Of a stretch of DNA of 64,000 nt, positions 41,199-51,074 are shown in pieces. Location of the stretch: the NCBI GenBank assembly GCA_052426225.1, contig JBNJNM010000009.1, positions 1,240,001-1,304,000 on the forward strand, given 5' to 3'. Every line of letters starts with the position of its first letter. Position 1 is the stretch's first letter. The stretch is from Zancudomyces culisetae HAW-14-8 (taxonomy: Eukaryota > Fungi > Kickxellomycota). Position numbers and translations under genes: made by a program. The notes beneath the pieces were generated by a model. It was not told the DNA's origin and made no database searches. It saw only the letters and a program-made list of their open reading frames with translations.

Positions 41199-41729
41199 TT
41201 AACAGCCACCAATTTGTTCTACCATAGCATCGATTGTATCACCTTCCTCCATTTCCAACTATAGATGTATTGATAGAATGTTATACTTGTGCAAAATCTG
41301 CAAACAAAGATAGTAATACCATTTAAAAGCAATTCAAAAACACAAGTTTACCTCTGCTGGAGTGTTGTTTGGAGCCAATCTTTGACCATCGAAAAGGAAT
41401 CTCACAGAATTCATAGATCTACCAGTTCTATCGCAGTATGCTTGCATTAACTTTTCAAGACGTGTGGTTTTCTTGATCTTGAAGAATACGTCTTGGTTAT
41501 CCTAGAATTTAGCAGCATAAGTTTTCACAGCTATCAAAATTAGCCTCTTTGCCACCTCTTGCGTATGTGGTTCACAATAATCTGAATCAAAACAAGATTG
41601 TAAAAGATATCAAAAGTTAATCAGTTCACTTACGGCTCCAACGACTTTCAAATTGATGTGCTCTGTCTCTGGCTTTGCCTCGCTGGCTTCTGGTTTAGTA
41701 GTGGGTTCTTGTTTACCTGTGTCGGACAT
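41199..41729 (-). CDS. SMT3: SUMO (3 exons)
   Basis: EHINLKV...VFFKIKKTTRLEKLMQAYC...VRFLFDGQR...LEMEEGDTIDAMVEQIGGC*. Confidence 0.95.
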
Positions 41730-43461
41730 TTTTATACAATACACAAATACGGTTTCGTTCCTCAAGCAGATTTTCTTGTAAAATGTAAGTCTTGCTTTTA
41801 TTTTTATTGAATTTTTATGTTTAATTCTGTTGACAATTAAAAATAGTAGTAAACGAAAAGCAGCAGTTCAGGCTATTGGAATCGTATGTGCAGTTTTATT
41901 TTTTCCAAAAATTTTTTTTGATTTGGTATTGGTGGTCCCGCTAAGTTTGTGTTTTTCAGATTTGAGTACATTTTAGAATTGTTGTGAGACAAGAACCCAT
42001 TGATAAGTGCGAGAGTTGTGTTAAAAAAAGACACAAATGTAGACTCAATAAGCACATAAATGCACGTCTTACTAATGTGCAATTCCAGCAATACTGTATC
42101 AAGCAGACTGTTATTGGAAAGGTCGAATGACTTTTATTTCCTTTGATGGTGTGTATGATTAACCTGTAGTTTCAGCTTTGGTGATGGTTGACTATACGTA
42201 CTACCATCTTTGCTTTCTTTTTCCGTTTCAAAAAATGCACTGGGTCTTCTATATATATATAGAGTTTTGTTGCTACTGAGATAATAAAAAAAGTGTTTAA
42301 ACATGGTTGATGGTGATTAATTAAAAACTTGACCGCATTGTGGAAACGCTCATACTCACAAAAGCGAACCAAACCAAACCAAAACGGATATTTTTTATTT
42401 ATGCTGTATGATAGTAGCTTCATAACACGGTATTTCATTGTACCAATTATCTTTTTCATGAGATACTTATAGATTGATAGCCCAATTTATTCAAGCATCT
42501 TTAAAATTTTGTCCTCTTATAGTATACTTTACATTCAAGATATATCTCTGACTTTCATTTCATTTCACCTTTTAATAAATTAAGTGTGTATGATATTATA
42601 TCCAAGTATACAGCAAAGCTGCTCAGATCAAACAAGAATGAGACTACAGAAAATGGATTTTAATACACACATTACTGTGAATATTATGCACTGAGCCCAT
42701 TTCAAGTGTTCGCTTTGAAGTTACTCTCCTGGTAATCATTAAAAATTAATATATTGCACTTCCTGTTATAAACTTTGGTTATAATAGCCAAAGGTCAAAT
42801 AAAAACCAATATTTGATGACTAATGGTCATGAGCTGATCATGAATAATGATTTAGTGAATAATAATGGCGTAGGTTTGTTGGTCGTCGCATGTTATATTG
42901 ACTTGCTCCGATTATATGATAATTCATTCTTGGCGCCAGGCTACTATGCTTTTTAAAAAGCAGAATCTTCCCATAACTCCTTCAGTTCTGGCTGAGGATA
43001 GTATTTCATTGCCTGGAAGCAGTGATTGGGAATGGGGGGGAAGTGTGAAGATGCAGAATTTGAAACAGGCAAATAGGCGTAAAGCTGATGCCTCCACAAA
43101 TTGTCAGTTGACAATTTGGTGGGCTTATCACCAAACAAAACTCATTAGCAGCATGAATGATTTGCTAAACAAAGGTAAATGATGAATCCGAAATTTAAAA
43201 ATCAGCAATGAATAAAGGGGCTAAAAACCGAAATCGGTCGAATTTTTTTTATCTGCAACTTTAAGAAAAAAAAACATAGTTCTTGGGTTCTTGTTTTTTT
43301 TAAAAAAATACGAGATAATAAACTTACAGGTAAGTATGAGAGCCATATAAAGAATAAACTATACCAGGTTTAACTATGCTATCTTTGCATATGTGTAAGC
43401 TAAATCTGTTTAATTTTATTGGTAAATATTTCTAGTACGCAAAAATCCGATCTATTTCAGA

Positions 43462-43931
43462 ATGCTAGTCAACAGAGCTACAAGATTACTTACAAAAACC
43501 TCGACCATCAGAGCCATGAATCAAGTCAGATTTAATTCCGACGGTGTCTTTGACAAAAGAGTAAGTCAAGGAAATCAATATATTCCAGCAATCATTCTTT
43601 TTAAATTTATGCTACCCATGTCCTTCGCTTTTATTTATGCACTTTTTGTTTTTTTACCAACGAGTTTTTTCATCTAGTAAACTGCAAAGAATTAACATTT
43701 GAATTTAATATAGGAAAAGGCAGCCGAAGACATGTATATCAAGAAACAGGTATGTGTTAAACCAGAAAAATGTCATCCAATCTATACCTCCTAATCTAAC
43801 CTCTTTTCCCTTTTCATACTAAATAGGAACAAGATAAGCTCAAGAAATTGAGAGAACAATTGGAGAATGCCAAGAAACAGATTGATGAGATCCATGAATC
43901 AATCAAAGATTTGACCAAGGAACAAAAATAA
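43462..43931 (+). CDS. INH1: Mitochondrial F1-ATPase inhibitor IF1 (3 coding exons; probable 5'UTR intron 43330-43435)
   Basis: Presequence followed by FDKR|EKAAEDMYIKKQ|EQDKLKKLREQL. Confidence 0.85.
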
Positions 43932-44246
43932 ACAACGCCTTGACAAGGCTTGAATTTAACTGGGGACACTGGTCTACCTTCCTGTCATTGTAGTTCTTGT
44001 TTTGATGAGTTTTATTTAGTATATTTAATTGGAGAATATATTTAGTATTCAATATGAAAATCCCAAACTATTCGAATAAAGCTACAAGTCCAGAAAAAGT
44101 TATATAGTATACGGTTAATGCCTACCCAGCCTTGTTCTAGACCTAATACTTGTAGTGTTAGTTTTTCATCTAAAGAGATACCTGATATCTATGCATAGAT
44201 CCTACATGTAAAAGCAAAAACAATTTTTTATGGCTGCACAGGGTTG

Positions 44247-44362
44247 TTTAGAAAATAAAAGGCTCTCCCAAGAAAAAACCAAGACTGCCAAACTAAATTC
44301 ATCCTACTCCCCTTCGACTCTCTAGAGTCTCCGTACCCGATGGACACTGATTCGGGGGAGGA
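44247..44362 (-). mobile_element. Relic 3' end of a related non-LTR retrotransposon (last ~18 codons of ORF2 plus 3'UTR)
   Basis: CATCCTACTCCCCTTCGACTCTCTAGAGTCTCCGTACCCGATGG nearly identical to 44861-44904; encodes PNQCPSGTETLESRRGVG* vs LNQCPSGTETLESRRGIG*; shared TTTAGAAAATAAA in the 3'UTR. Confidence 0.85.
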
Positions 44363-44440
44363 CATTCCTAATTTTCTCATCTACTGCATAACCATTTCTA
44401 CTATTTCCTAAAAAAACGGAGTTTATAATATGACTTTATG

Positions 44441-44446
44441 AAAAAA
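44441..44446 (-). terminator. Pol III T6 terminator of tRNA-Leu
   Basis: TTTTTT 4 nt after the discriminator base on the minus strand. Confidence 0.75.
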
Positions 44447-44450
44447 GAAT

Positions 44451-44532
44451 TGATGACTGTGGGGTTCGAACCCACGCATGCGAACATATCAGGGCCTAAA
44501 CCTGACCCCTTGGACCACTCGGGCAAGTCACC
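44451..44532 (-). tRNA. tRNA-Leu (UAG), intronless, long variable arm
   Basis: GGTGACT/AGTCATC acceptor stem, discriminator A, A-box TGCCCGAGTGG, anticodon arm TCAGG-TTTAGGC-CCTGA, T arm GTGGG-TTCGAAC-CCCAC. Confidence 0.95.
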
Positions 44533-44758
44533 TTGAAAAAAATTCAAAGCTAAACAGTATCTATTGTCTATTGTAGATAAAATTGATTATTTTGAAATGA
44601 ACCAAACTCTAAAGCTACTCTAAGCAGAGGTAAATGCAAAGGCACTGATATACCAACAACCATATATGACATGCATGCTCACTACCATCATATTTTCTTA
44701 CATGCCGACATCGTGCACTGTTGATGCAAGTCAAGGATGTTGGTCTCAAACTTCAAAT

Positions 44759-44776
44759 CAGCTAAGGCAGACTTTT
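44759..44776. repeat. Target-site duplication, left copy (CAGCTAAGGCAGAC[TTTT])
   Basis: Identical to 50764-50781; the last 4 T merge with the element's poly(A) tail. Confidence 0.92.
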
Positions 44777-44859
44777 TTTTTTTTTTTTTTCGGTAGAAAA
44801 AAAAATTTATTTAGAAAATAAACAGTTCCTAAAAAATAAAAACAATCTATATTCTAAAC

Positions 44860-47800
44860 TCATCCTATTCCCCTTCGACTCTCTAGAGTCTCCGTACCCG
44901 ATGGGCATTGGTTCAAGGGGAGTGGGACTACACTAATGTCTTTCAACACTAGGTAGCGAGGTAAAAAGGTCTCGTTAAGAAACCGGGCTGTGGAAACCAC
45001 TGCTCTAACGCAAGTGGCGTTTGGATCTCGAAGAATCCCAGGTAGTTTGAGCTTTAACTCCTCCCCCAGGAGTTTACCCACGATTTTCCTGCGAAGCTCA
45101 ACACACTCGGAAATCGTGCTAGATAAAAAAGAACTATAAAAATCTATAAATTCAGTAAGTAAATCCTTCCTAATTTCGTCCCATCTGCTGCAATCTAATA
45201 GGTAATGTTCAACTGTTTCTTTTTCTTCTTTCTTACAGAACGGACATTTGGCTTTGTAATCTGGATCTATAAAACCCGAATTTGCTAATCTCGTGGCGGT
45301 CCAGAATTGACCTATTCGAATTCGACCTACGAAAAGAATGTGTTTCATGTACTGTGGAAAGGCCGCTTGTAAGTCGACCCAATTCCTTTGTCGGCCTGCT
45401 CCAACTTCCTTTATCCACTTTGTAATATTCGACTTGTCTTTCAGCCTGTTGTTTATCTCGAGTGTCTCTTTGGTTTTTCTTACCTCTCCGGTTGGTGAAT
45501 TGTCAATCTTGATCCTGTTGAATCTGTTAGACCACCTTGTGTACCCTGTGACCCAAGTGTCCTTCGAGTGTTTGAAGGGGTTCTGTATTAAATCTGCTAT
45601 CCATGTTTTCATGCCACTCCATTTGTGGAATGCTCTGTCTCTAGCTCTGGTCGTTCTACTGTAAATATCTGTTATATTTAATTCTTCTCGCAATCTCCTC
45701 ATGCATGTCGATCTGCCCACTCCCATGGCTATTCTCAATGTGTTGTCCACGGCTTGCTGTATCGGTTTTACCCTTGCTTCAGACATGCCGAACATTTCAC
45801 CTCCATAACTAGCGACCGCAATGACTATCGACCTAATTACCATCTTTTTCATCAACAGTGGTGTATTTCTGTCTTTGAGTAGATAGTAGTTGCTCATGGT
45901 TGCTCTTTGTACTTTTTCTTTCCTCTCCTGTATGTGTAGCTTGTTATTCCAATATTTATTGAATATAACACCCAAGTATTTATATTCATCTACTTCTGGT
46001 ACTTTTGCATTTCCCAAAAAGTATTCTGGAATCGTAATTTCAATATTATTGTTATTTTCGTCGCTTGTTCTATTCACTGCTTCAACTGTCATAATCGCAC
46101 TCTTGCTAGCATTCACCTTCATGTCCCACTTCTGACACCATTGCTGCATCATGTTAAGTGCTTCTTGCATCTGTTCTGGAGTGTCTGACAATAAAACTGT
46201 ATCGTCTGCAAATAGTAGTCCCGGAATTTTTTCTTGAATCCCTGGCACTTCTATTCCCTCCATTCCTTCAAATATATCGTTGATAAAAATATCAAAAAGC
46301 ATTGGTGAGGCTGGGCATCCTTGGCGAACACCTCTTTCGAAGTTCATCGCCTCCGATAATCCATTTCCTACCCTCACTTTTATCTTTGCGTTAGCGTATA
46401 ATTCTTTAATTACTGTTAGCAATTTACCATTTATTTTGTTCATTTTTAATTTTTTGAATAATAAATTGTGTTGCACTTTGTCGTAGGCTTTTTCAAAATC
46501 AATAAAACAAATTATGGTTTTTGTATTATTAATTTTTCGCCTTTTTATAATTTCGTATAGAGCTGTAGCTTGAGCTACGCATTCCTCCAGTGTTCTGAAT
46601 CCCGCTTGCTCTTTTGCTAATAATATATGTCTATTATCTATTAATCTTAATTTATTAGCGACTATTTTAGCTATAAGTTTGGTTATGGTTGGGATTAGCG
46701 AAATCCCCCTATAATTGTTTGGGTCTTTAGTGTTTCCTTTTTTGAAGATAGGAACGATTACGCTAGTATTGTTTTCACTGTTTAACTTTGGATTATTCCA
46801 GAATTTTTTAATTATGGTTAATAAAAGTACTGCAAGTTCCGATTCTGCATCATCATCGCTTTGTGTACTTTTCCAAACTTCGCTTGGAATGCCATCCTCT
46901 CCAGCTGCTTTATTTCTCGGTGTCTCCTTGAGTGCTTCTTTTATTTCTGTCCATGTTGGCTCTTCGTCGCATTCTCTGAAGTAGTCCACTTCCTCCTCTC
47001 TTTCTTCTGGGATTGTGTTTAATGCTGAGTTTTCATTCTTCGATAGCTTGTAGAAATGTTTTATCCATACTTTGAGTTTTTCTGCTTCCTCTGTTATCTC
47101 CCTTCCTGATTCATCCAGGACTCCTCCATTATTGAAAACAGATTTTTTATTTAGAGCCCTCATTTTTAACCATCTCCACATCGTCTTGGCATCATTGCCT
47201 TTGATGTGTTCGCATAGTTTAACTAACTCCTTTTTTTTATGTAATTTTTGGTCACTTTTGATCAGTTTTGTAGTTTTGGACTTCATCTGGACGTAGTCAT
47301 TATAAAACAGCTCTTTCTCGTGTTCATCACAAGTTCTGAGCATTTTTTTGAACAATTTGCAACGAAGTTTGATCATTTTTCGCGTTTTTTTACTTAAAAA
47401 ATGTTGATTTTTTTTGGCTTCGGAATTTTTTTCGGCCAATTTCTCATTATTTTTTGGGTTTGGATTATTTTTTCTTGTCATCTTATCCATCAATTTTTTA
47501 GTCTCATTGACGGTTTCACTGATTAGTTCGTCAGTTTCGTTAAGAGATGTCAAAATTGAAAATTTATTGTGAGTTCTGAACAGTTCTGATTTTTGGTCCA
47601 ATAGTTTCCGGTTGACAATTTTTTTTTGCTGCTCTGGTTTAATTTCCTCAATGGTAAAGTTGGCTGTAATAGCCAGATGGTCGCTGAGGTCAATTTTTTT
47701 GTGTAGTTTTGTTGTCACGAATTGTCCTACTGTGGGGGTATAAAAGATGTGGTCGATGGTGTTCTTCAGTCGCTTTTTTGTTATCCTTGTCCCGCTTCGT

Positions 47801-48696
47801 TTCCTTGTCGGGGCTCTCCTGACTATACACCTGAGTTTTTTTAGCCAAGGGGTTACTATACTTGTCCTCATATTGAAGTCGCCGCATAGTATTATTTTTA
47901 TTTCCTTATTTTTCCCGTATTCCTTGTTGATAAAGTCCTCTACCTCCTTCTTCATCATAGTTCTTTCTTTTGGTTTGTGTGGCGTGTGTACATTCACTAC
48001 CATCACTTCCAGTCTTTTATGCTCCTTTTCTGTATATCCATGTATTTTTGCGGCCATCCAGGTATTATTATTTTTATACTCCTCTATGTGCCAGCCAATA
48101 TTTTTTTTTACCCCCACTAGAAGACCAGAACCCGTCTTTAGTGTCGGCCTTTTTGACTCTACACATGTGTAGCCATTTATGTTCATCCTCCCAGACTTCT
48201 CCTGCAGGTGGGTCTCCTGCAAGCATAGTATGGTTGGATTTACTTTGGTTAAAAAATAATCTAATTCATATTTTTTATTTTTTATTGAGCATACGTTGTA
48301 TGTCATTATTTTTAGGTTAATTTTTTCATTTTTTTTTTCAATTTTTTTTTGGTATAAATTTTTTGTTTTTTTGTTTTTTAAATTTTTCTCTCTTTCATTT
48401 TTATTTTCTTCAACTTTTAGTATACACTTTAATTTTTTTTCCAACTCCAATTTTTTTAGGGCGGACAATCGAATCAAGGACATATCGATTTTTTGGATTT
48501 CGAAGCGGTAAGATTTATTTTTCTGTTTAATTTTTTTGACGTGTAGATTTTTTTTTTCGATTTTTGTGATGAACGAAAAAAAATATTTTACAGTTTTCTG
48601 AGACAATTCTGGTATGTTGAGTACCAGTAGTTTATCAGTTATGATATTTGTTGTTATTTTTGTTTGTGTTGTTGTTGTTATAATGATGTAATTCTG
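44860..48696 (-). CDS. LINE ORF2: APE endonuclease + reverse transcriptase + C-terminal CCHC Zn finger (frame open from 48696; first ATG 48483)
   Basis: APE: TYNV, CLQETH, CGDFN, TIDHI, LSDHL; RT: FIDFEKAYDKV, GVRQGCPASP, LLFADD, YKYLG; CPFC...ETVEHYLLDC; no stops or frameshifts. Confidence 0.95.
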   Translation of the reverse strand, partial: QNYIIITTTTQTKITTNIITDKLLVLNIPELSQKTVKYFFSFITKIEKKNLHVKKIKQKNKSYRFEIQKIDMSLIRLSALKKLELEKKLKCILKVEENKNEREKNLKNKKTKNLYQKKIEKKNEKINLKIMTYNVCSIKNKKYELDYFLTKVNPTILCLQETHLQEKSGRMNINGYTCVESKRPTLKTGSGLLVGVKKNIGWHIEEYKNNNTWMAAKIHGYTEKEHKRLEVMVVNVHTPHKPKERTMMKKEVEDFINKEYGKNKEIKIILCGDFNMRTSIVTPWLKKLRCIVRRAPTRKRSGTRITKKRLKNTIDHIFYTPTVGQFVTTKLHKKIDLSDHLAITANFTIEEIKPEQQKKIVNRKLLDQKSELFRTHNKFSILTSLNETDELISETVNETKKLMDKMTRKNNPNPKNNEKLAEKNSEAKKNQHFLSKKTRKMIKLRCKLFKKMLRTCDEHEKELFYNDYVQMKSKTTKLIKSDQKLHKKKELVKLCEHIKGNDAKTMWRWLKMRALNKKSVFNNGGVLDESGREITEEAEKLKVWIKHFYKLSKNENSALNTIPEEREEEVDYFRECDEEPTWTEIKEALKETPRNKAAGEDGIPSEVWKSTQSDDDAESELAVLLLTIIKKFWNNPKLNSENNTSVIVPIFKKGNTKDPNNYRGISLIPTITKLIAKIVANKLRLIDNRHILLAKEQAGFRTLEECVAQATALYEIIKRRKINNTKTIICFIDFEKAYDKVQHNLLFKKLKMNKINGKLLTVIKELYANAKIKVRVGNGLSEAMNFERGVRQGCPASPMLFDIFINDIFEGMEGIEVPGIQEKIPGLLFADDTVLLSDTPEQMQEALNMMQQWCQKWDMKVNASKSAIMTVEAVNRTSDENNNNIEITIPEYFLGNAKVPEVDEYKYLGVIFNKYWNNKLHIQERKEKVQRATMSNYYLLKDRNTPLLMKKMVIRSIVIAVASYGGEMFGMSEARVKPIQQAVDNTLRIAMGVGRSTCMRRLREELNITDIYSRTTRARDRAFHKWSGMKTWIADLIQNPFKHSKDTWVTGYTRWSNRFNRIKIDNSPTGEVRKTKETLEINNRLKDKSNITKWIKEVGAGRQRNWVDLQAAFPQYMKHILFVGRIRIGQFWTATRLANSGFIDPDYKAKCPFCKKEEKETVEHYLLDCSRWDEIRKDLLTEFIDFYSSFLSSTISECVELRRKIVGKLLGEELKLKLPGILRDPNATCVRAVVSTARFLNETFLPRYLVLKDISVVPLPLNQCPSGTETLESRRGIG

Positions 48697-48712
48697 TTAC
48701 TTGAATAGGATG

Positions 48713-50344
48713 TTAATCCATTACATTTATCGGAGATGAAGGAGGGTCTTCCTCCATCTCCGCATCATGGATGCTGGGACCGATTTGATTGCTGTTGTCT
48801 TGATCCGGAGGTTTTCCGGTTCCGCTGTCTTCCGCCTCGCCGTGTGGTGCCTCTTGCTGGTTTTGCGTTTGATTCTGTTCCTGTGCTTGCTGTTGTTCTT
48901 GTACTTGGTGTTGTTCTTGTACTTGGTGTTGTTCTTGTACTTGGTGTTGTTCTTGTACTTGGTGTTGTTCCCGTGCTTGTTGTTGCTCCTGTGGTTGTGT
49001 TTCCATTGCCACTTCCCCTTCCAACGTAAGTATATTTATTTCGGTTCTTATAGCTTCCTCCTTTTCTTTATTTGCAATCTTCTGCGCGAGTATTAAGAAT
49101 GCTTTGTCCTCTTTAACTTTCTTTTGTTTGTTGTTTTTTTTGTTTGTTTTTTGTTTCAATATTTTATATTTTTGTGTGTTTGTTTTTTTCCTGATTATGT
49201 TGTTATTAAAAAGAACATCATTAATAATATTTTCCACTTCCATGTTTTCTTGTTTCAGCTCATGTTCTTGTCTTAGAACTTCCTCTTCATCTTGTTCTTG
49301 CTTTTTTTTTTGTATTTCCGAGTCGTATCCTTCATCCATAAGGTTTTCGTAGTTATCAATAAAATTTGTGTTCACCATTTCTTTTTCTTGTTGTACCTCT
49401 TTCTGCTCCTGATGTTGAGCTGAGACTCGATCTTTTTTTTGTTTTCCCTTCTGTTCTTGTGGTTGTGGTTGTGCTGAGGCTTGGTCTTTTACCCGTCCCT
49501 TTTCTTTTGTTCTTTCCTTTACTTTTTGATTTTCTTGTTCGCTCCCTTTTTGTCGCTCTTGTTCGATCTGGTTTTTGCCTTTTTCGATGATGTTCATCAT
49601 CTCCCTGTACTTGTCCGGTCTGCCTCTTTTCCTTAGTTTTGCCAGTTCAGGGCACTCGCTTTTCCAGTGGCCTTCCTTCTTGCAGTATGTGCATGAAGCT
49701 GGGGCCCCATCCCAGATAAGATTGACCTTCTCATCTTTTACTACTAACGTGGTGGGCAATATGGCTAAGTCGTGCATCTTAATCAATACTTTTAAGCTAT
49801 TGACAAAGAAATGGTTGTTGCCCGGCACCCTCAGTGCCATTATATCTGCAACTTCACCATACTGACTTAGCTCTTCGTACAAATTCTTCACAAAGCCATG
49901 TATTTCATCATTCTTAAAGGATGGTATAGTTACCACCTTCGTCTTTTCTGAATGTTGGAAAGTGTTATACAGGTTTAGCTCCTTTCCTGTTATTGTTTCC
50001 TCAATTTTTCTGGCCTCTTCTGCTTCTTCCAGTGTTGTGAACCAGACAAACAGGACGCCTCTTTCTCTATCTTGGTCAAATGAGATTTCAAAATCTTTTA
50101 AGGTATCAGATATCTCTCTCACTGCCGCGTCATAGTTCTCATTGATACTTCTAGTTCTGATGGCGAATTTTCGCTCATCTCTAGTTCTGCATACCATCAT
50201 GTTTCCTACATTGGGTCTCTCATCGACCCAGTATAGGACGGAGTATTGTTGGTAGAGCACCGCTCTTCCTCCCCTTGCAGCTTGGTAGCTGCCACTTTGC
50301 GCAGTTTGCGCGTAAGACTTTTCTTTCGTCTGCGTTGATGCCAT
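48713..50344 (-). CDS. LINE ORF1 (gag-like: RRM-like region + single CCHC knuckle + charged/Gln-rich tail)
   Basis: EELSQYGEVADI, CTYCKKEGHWKSEC (CX2CX4HX4C); lies 5' of ORF2 inside the TSD-bounded element. Confidence 0.9.
   Translation of the reverse strand: MASTQTKEKSYAQTAQSGSYQAARGGRAVLYQQYSVLYWVDERPNVGNMMVCRTRDERKFAIRTRSINENYDAAVREISDTLKDFEISFDQDRERGVLFVWFTTLEEAEEARKIEETITGKELNLYNTFQHSEKTKVVTIPSFKNDEIHGFVKNLYEELSQYGEVADIMALRVPGNNHFFVNSLKVLIKMHDLAILPTTLVVKDEKVNLIWDGAPASCTYCKKEGHWKSECPELAKLRKRGRPDKYREMMNIIEKGKNQIEQERQKGSEQENQKVKERTKEKGRVKDQASAQPQPQEQKGKQKKDRVSAQHQEQKEVQQEKEMVNTNFIDNYENLMDEGYDSEIQKKKQEQDEEEVLRQEHELKQENMEVENIINDVLFNNNIIRKKTNTQKYKILKQKTNKKNNKQKKVKEDKAFLILAQKIANKEKEEAIRTEINILTLEGEVAMETQPQEQQQAREQHQVQEQHQVQEQHQVQEQHQVQEQQQAQEQNQTQNQQEAPHGEAEDSGTGKPPDQDNSNQIGPSIHDAEMEEDPPSSPINVMD
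48890..48975 (-). repeat. 18-bp tandem repeat encoding (QEQHQV)n in ORF1
   Basis: TGTTCTTGTACTTGGTGT repeated about 4 times on the + strand. Confidence 0.9.
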
Positions 50345-50763
50345 ATCTTCGCAGACGTTTCTTGGTTTTTTTGTTTTTGGATCAGTTAAATTTGGTAGAT
50401 TTGGGTTTAAATTTATGTTCAGTTGGACTAAATGTGTTGAGATCAGTACTAATCTCGGTTTAGACGTGTTTTTTATGAGTTTTTTATGACCTTTTGGGTA
50501 CTTTTTACTATGTTTTTTGGGTTTTTTATAACTTTTTTTGTTATCTTTTTGTTATCTTTTTATGTTTTTTCTTATGTTTTTTTATTGCTATATATCTTTT
50601 TTTTTCTTATGGTTTTTAATGTTTTTAGGCTTGTTTTAAAGGTAATATTTTATTTAAGATGTTGTGTGATTTTAGTCGCTGTCAATAGTCGATATCGCTA
50701 TATTTTTCAATTTTTTAAAAAATGAAGTACTATAGTGTATAAAATCTTCCCTGGATACGTTCC

Positions 50764-50781
50764 CAGCTAAGGCAGACTTTT
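50764..50781. repeat. Target-site duplication, right copy (CAGCTAAGGCAGACTTTT)
   Basis: Identical to 44759-44776. Confidence 0.92.
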
Positions 50782-51074
50782 CAAGGCATTTGATACACAA
50801 GATGGAGCTCTCCACAAACTTATGATAGATACATAACAGAGTGCTCATCGACACAGCATGGTGGCATGATATCAGTACATCCATTTTTGCATCAAAGTTT
50901 AAGCAATATAAAACAAATACATATCACAGAATATGTGCGGAGATCAATGGTTTAAGTGAATGAACCAGGTTTATTAAAAAACAAAAAATTCACAATTATT
51001 CTTGTAATTACAAACGAATTTCAAAAAAACCCCAAAGCAGGATTTCACAAAATTGGAATTCCAGATAGCATAGC

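Larger units (their letters stand above)
44773..50763 (-). mobile_element. Full-length APE-type non-LTR retrotransposon (LINE), ~6 kb, clade undetermined
   Basis: A-rich 5'UTR, ORF1, ORF2, 69-nt 3'UTR with AATAAA, 18-nt poly(A) (T run 44773-44790), perfect flanking TSD. Confidence 0.95.

Noticed and set aside
42810-43180. C/D snoRNA-like boxes (TGATGA...CTGA)
   Set aside because: Spacing too short, and no terminal stem or identifiable rRNA guide
44855-44925. Hammerhead ribozyme or SECIS at the LINE 3' end
   Set aside because: Three-way topology is similar, but the CUGANGA/GAAA core is absent; no AUGA..GA quartet and no in-frame UGA to decode
50743-50763. U6-like sequence (GGAACGTATCCAGGGAAGATT) at the LINE 5' end, i.e. 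a U6-LINE chimera
   Set aside because: Only ~20 nt, the ACAGAGA box is altered and similarity does not extend; compatible with chance
50764-50884. Empty-site reconstruction gives a 63-aa minus-strand ORF (MDVLISCHH...ALADLKFETNILDL...) interrupted by the LINE
   Set aside because: No recognisable family, and the length is within chance expectation
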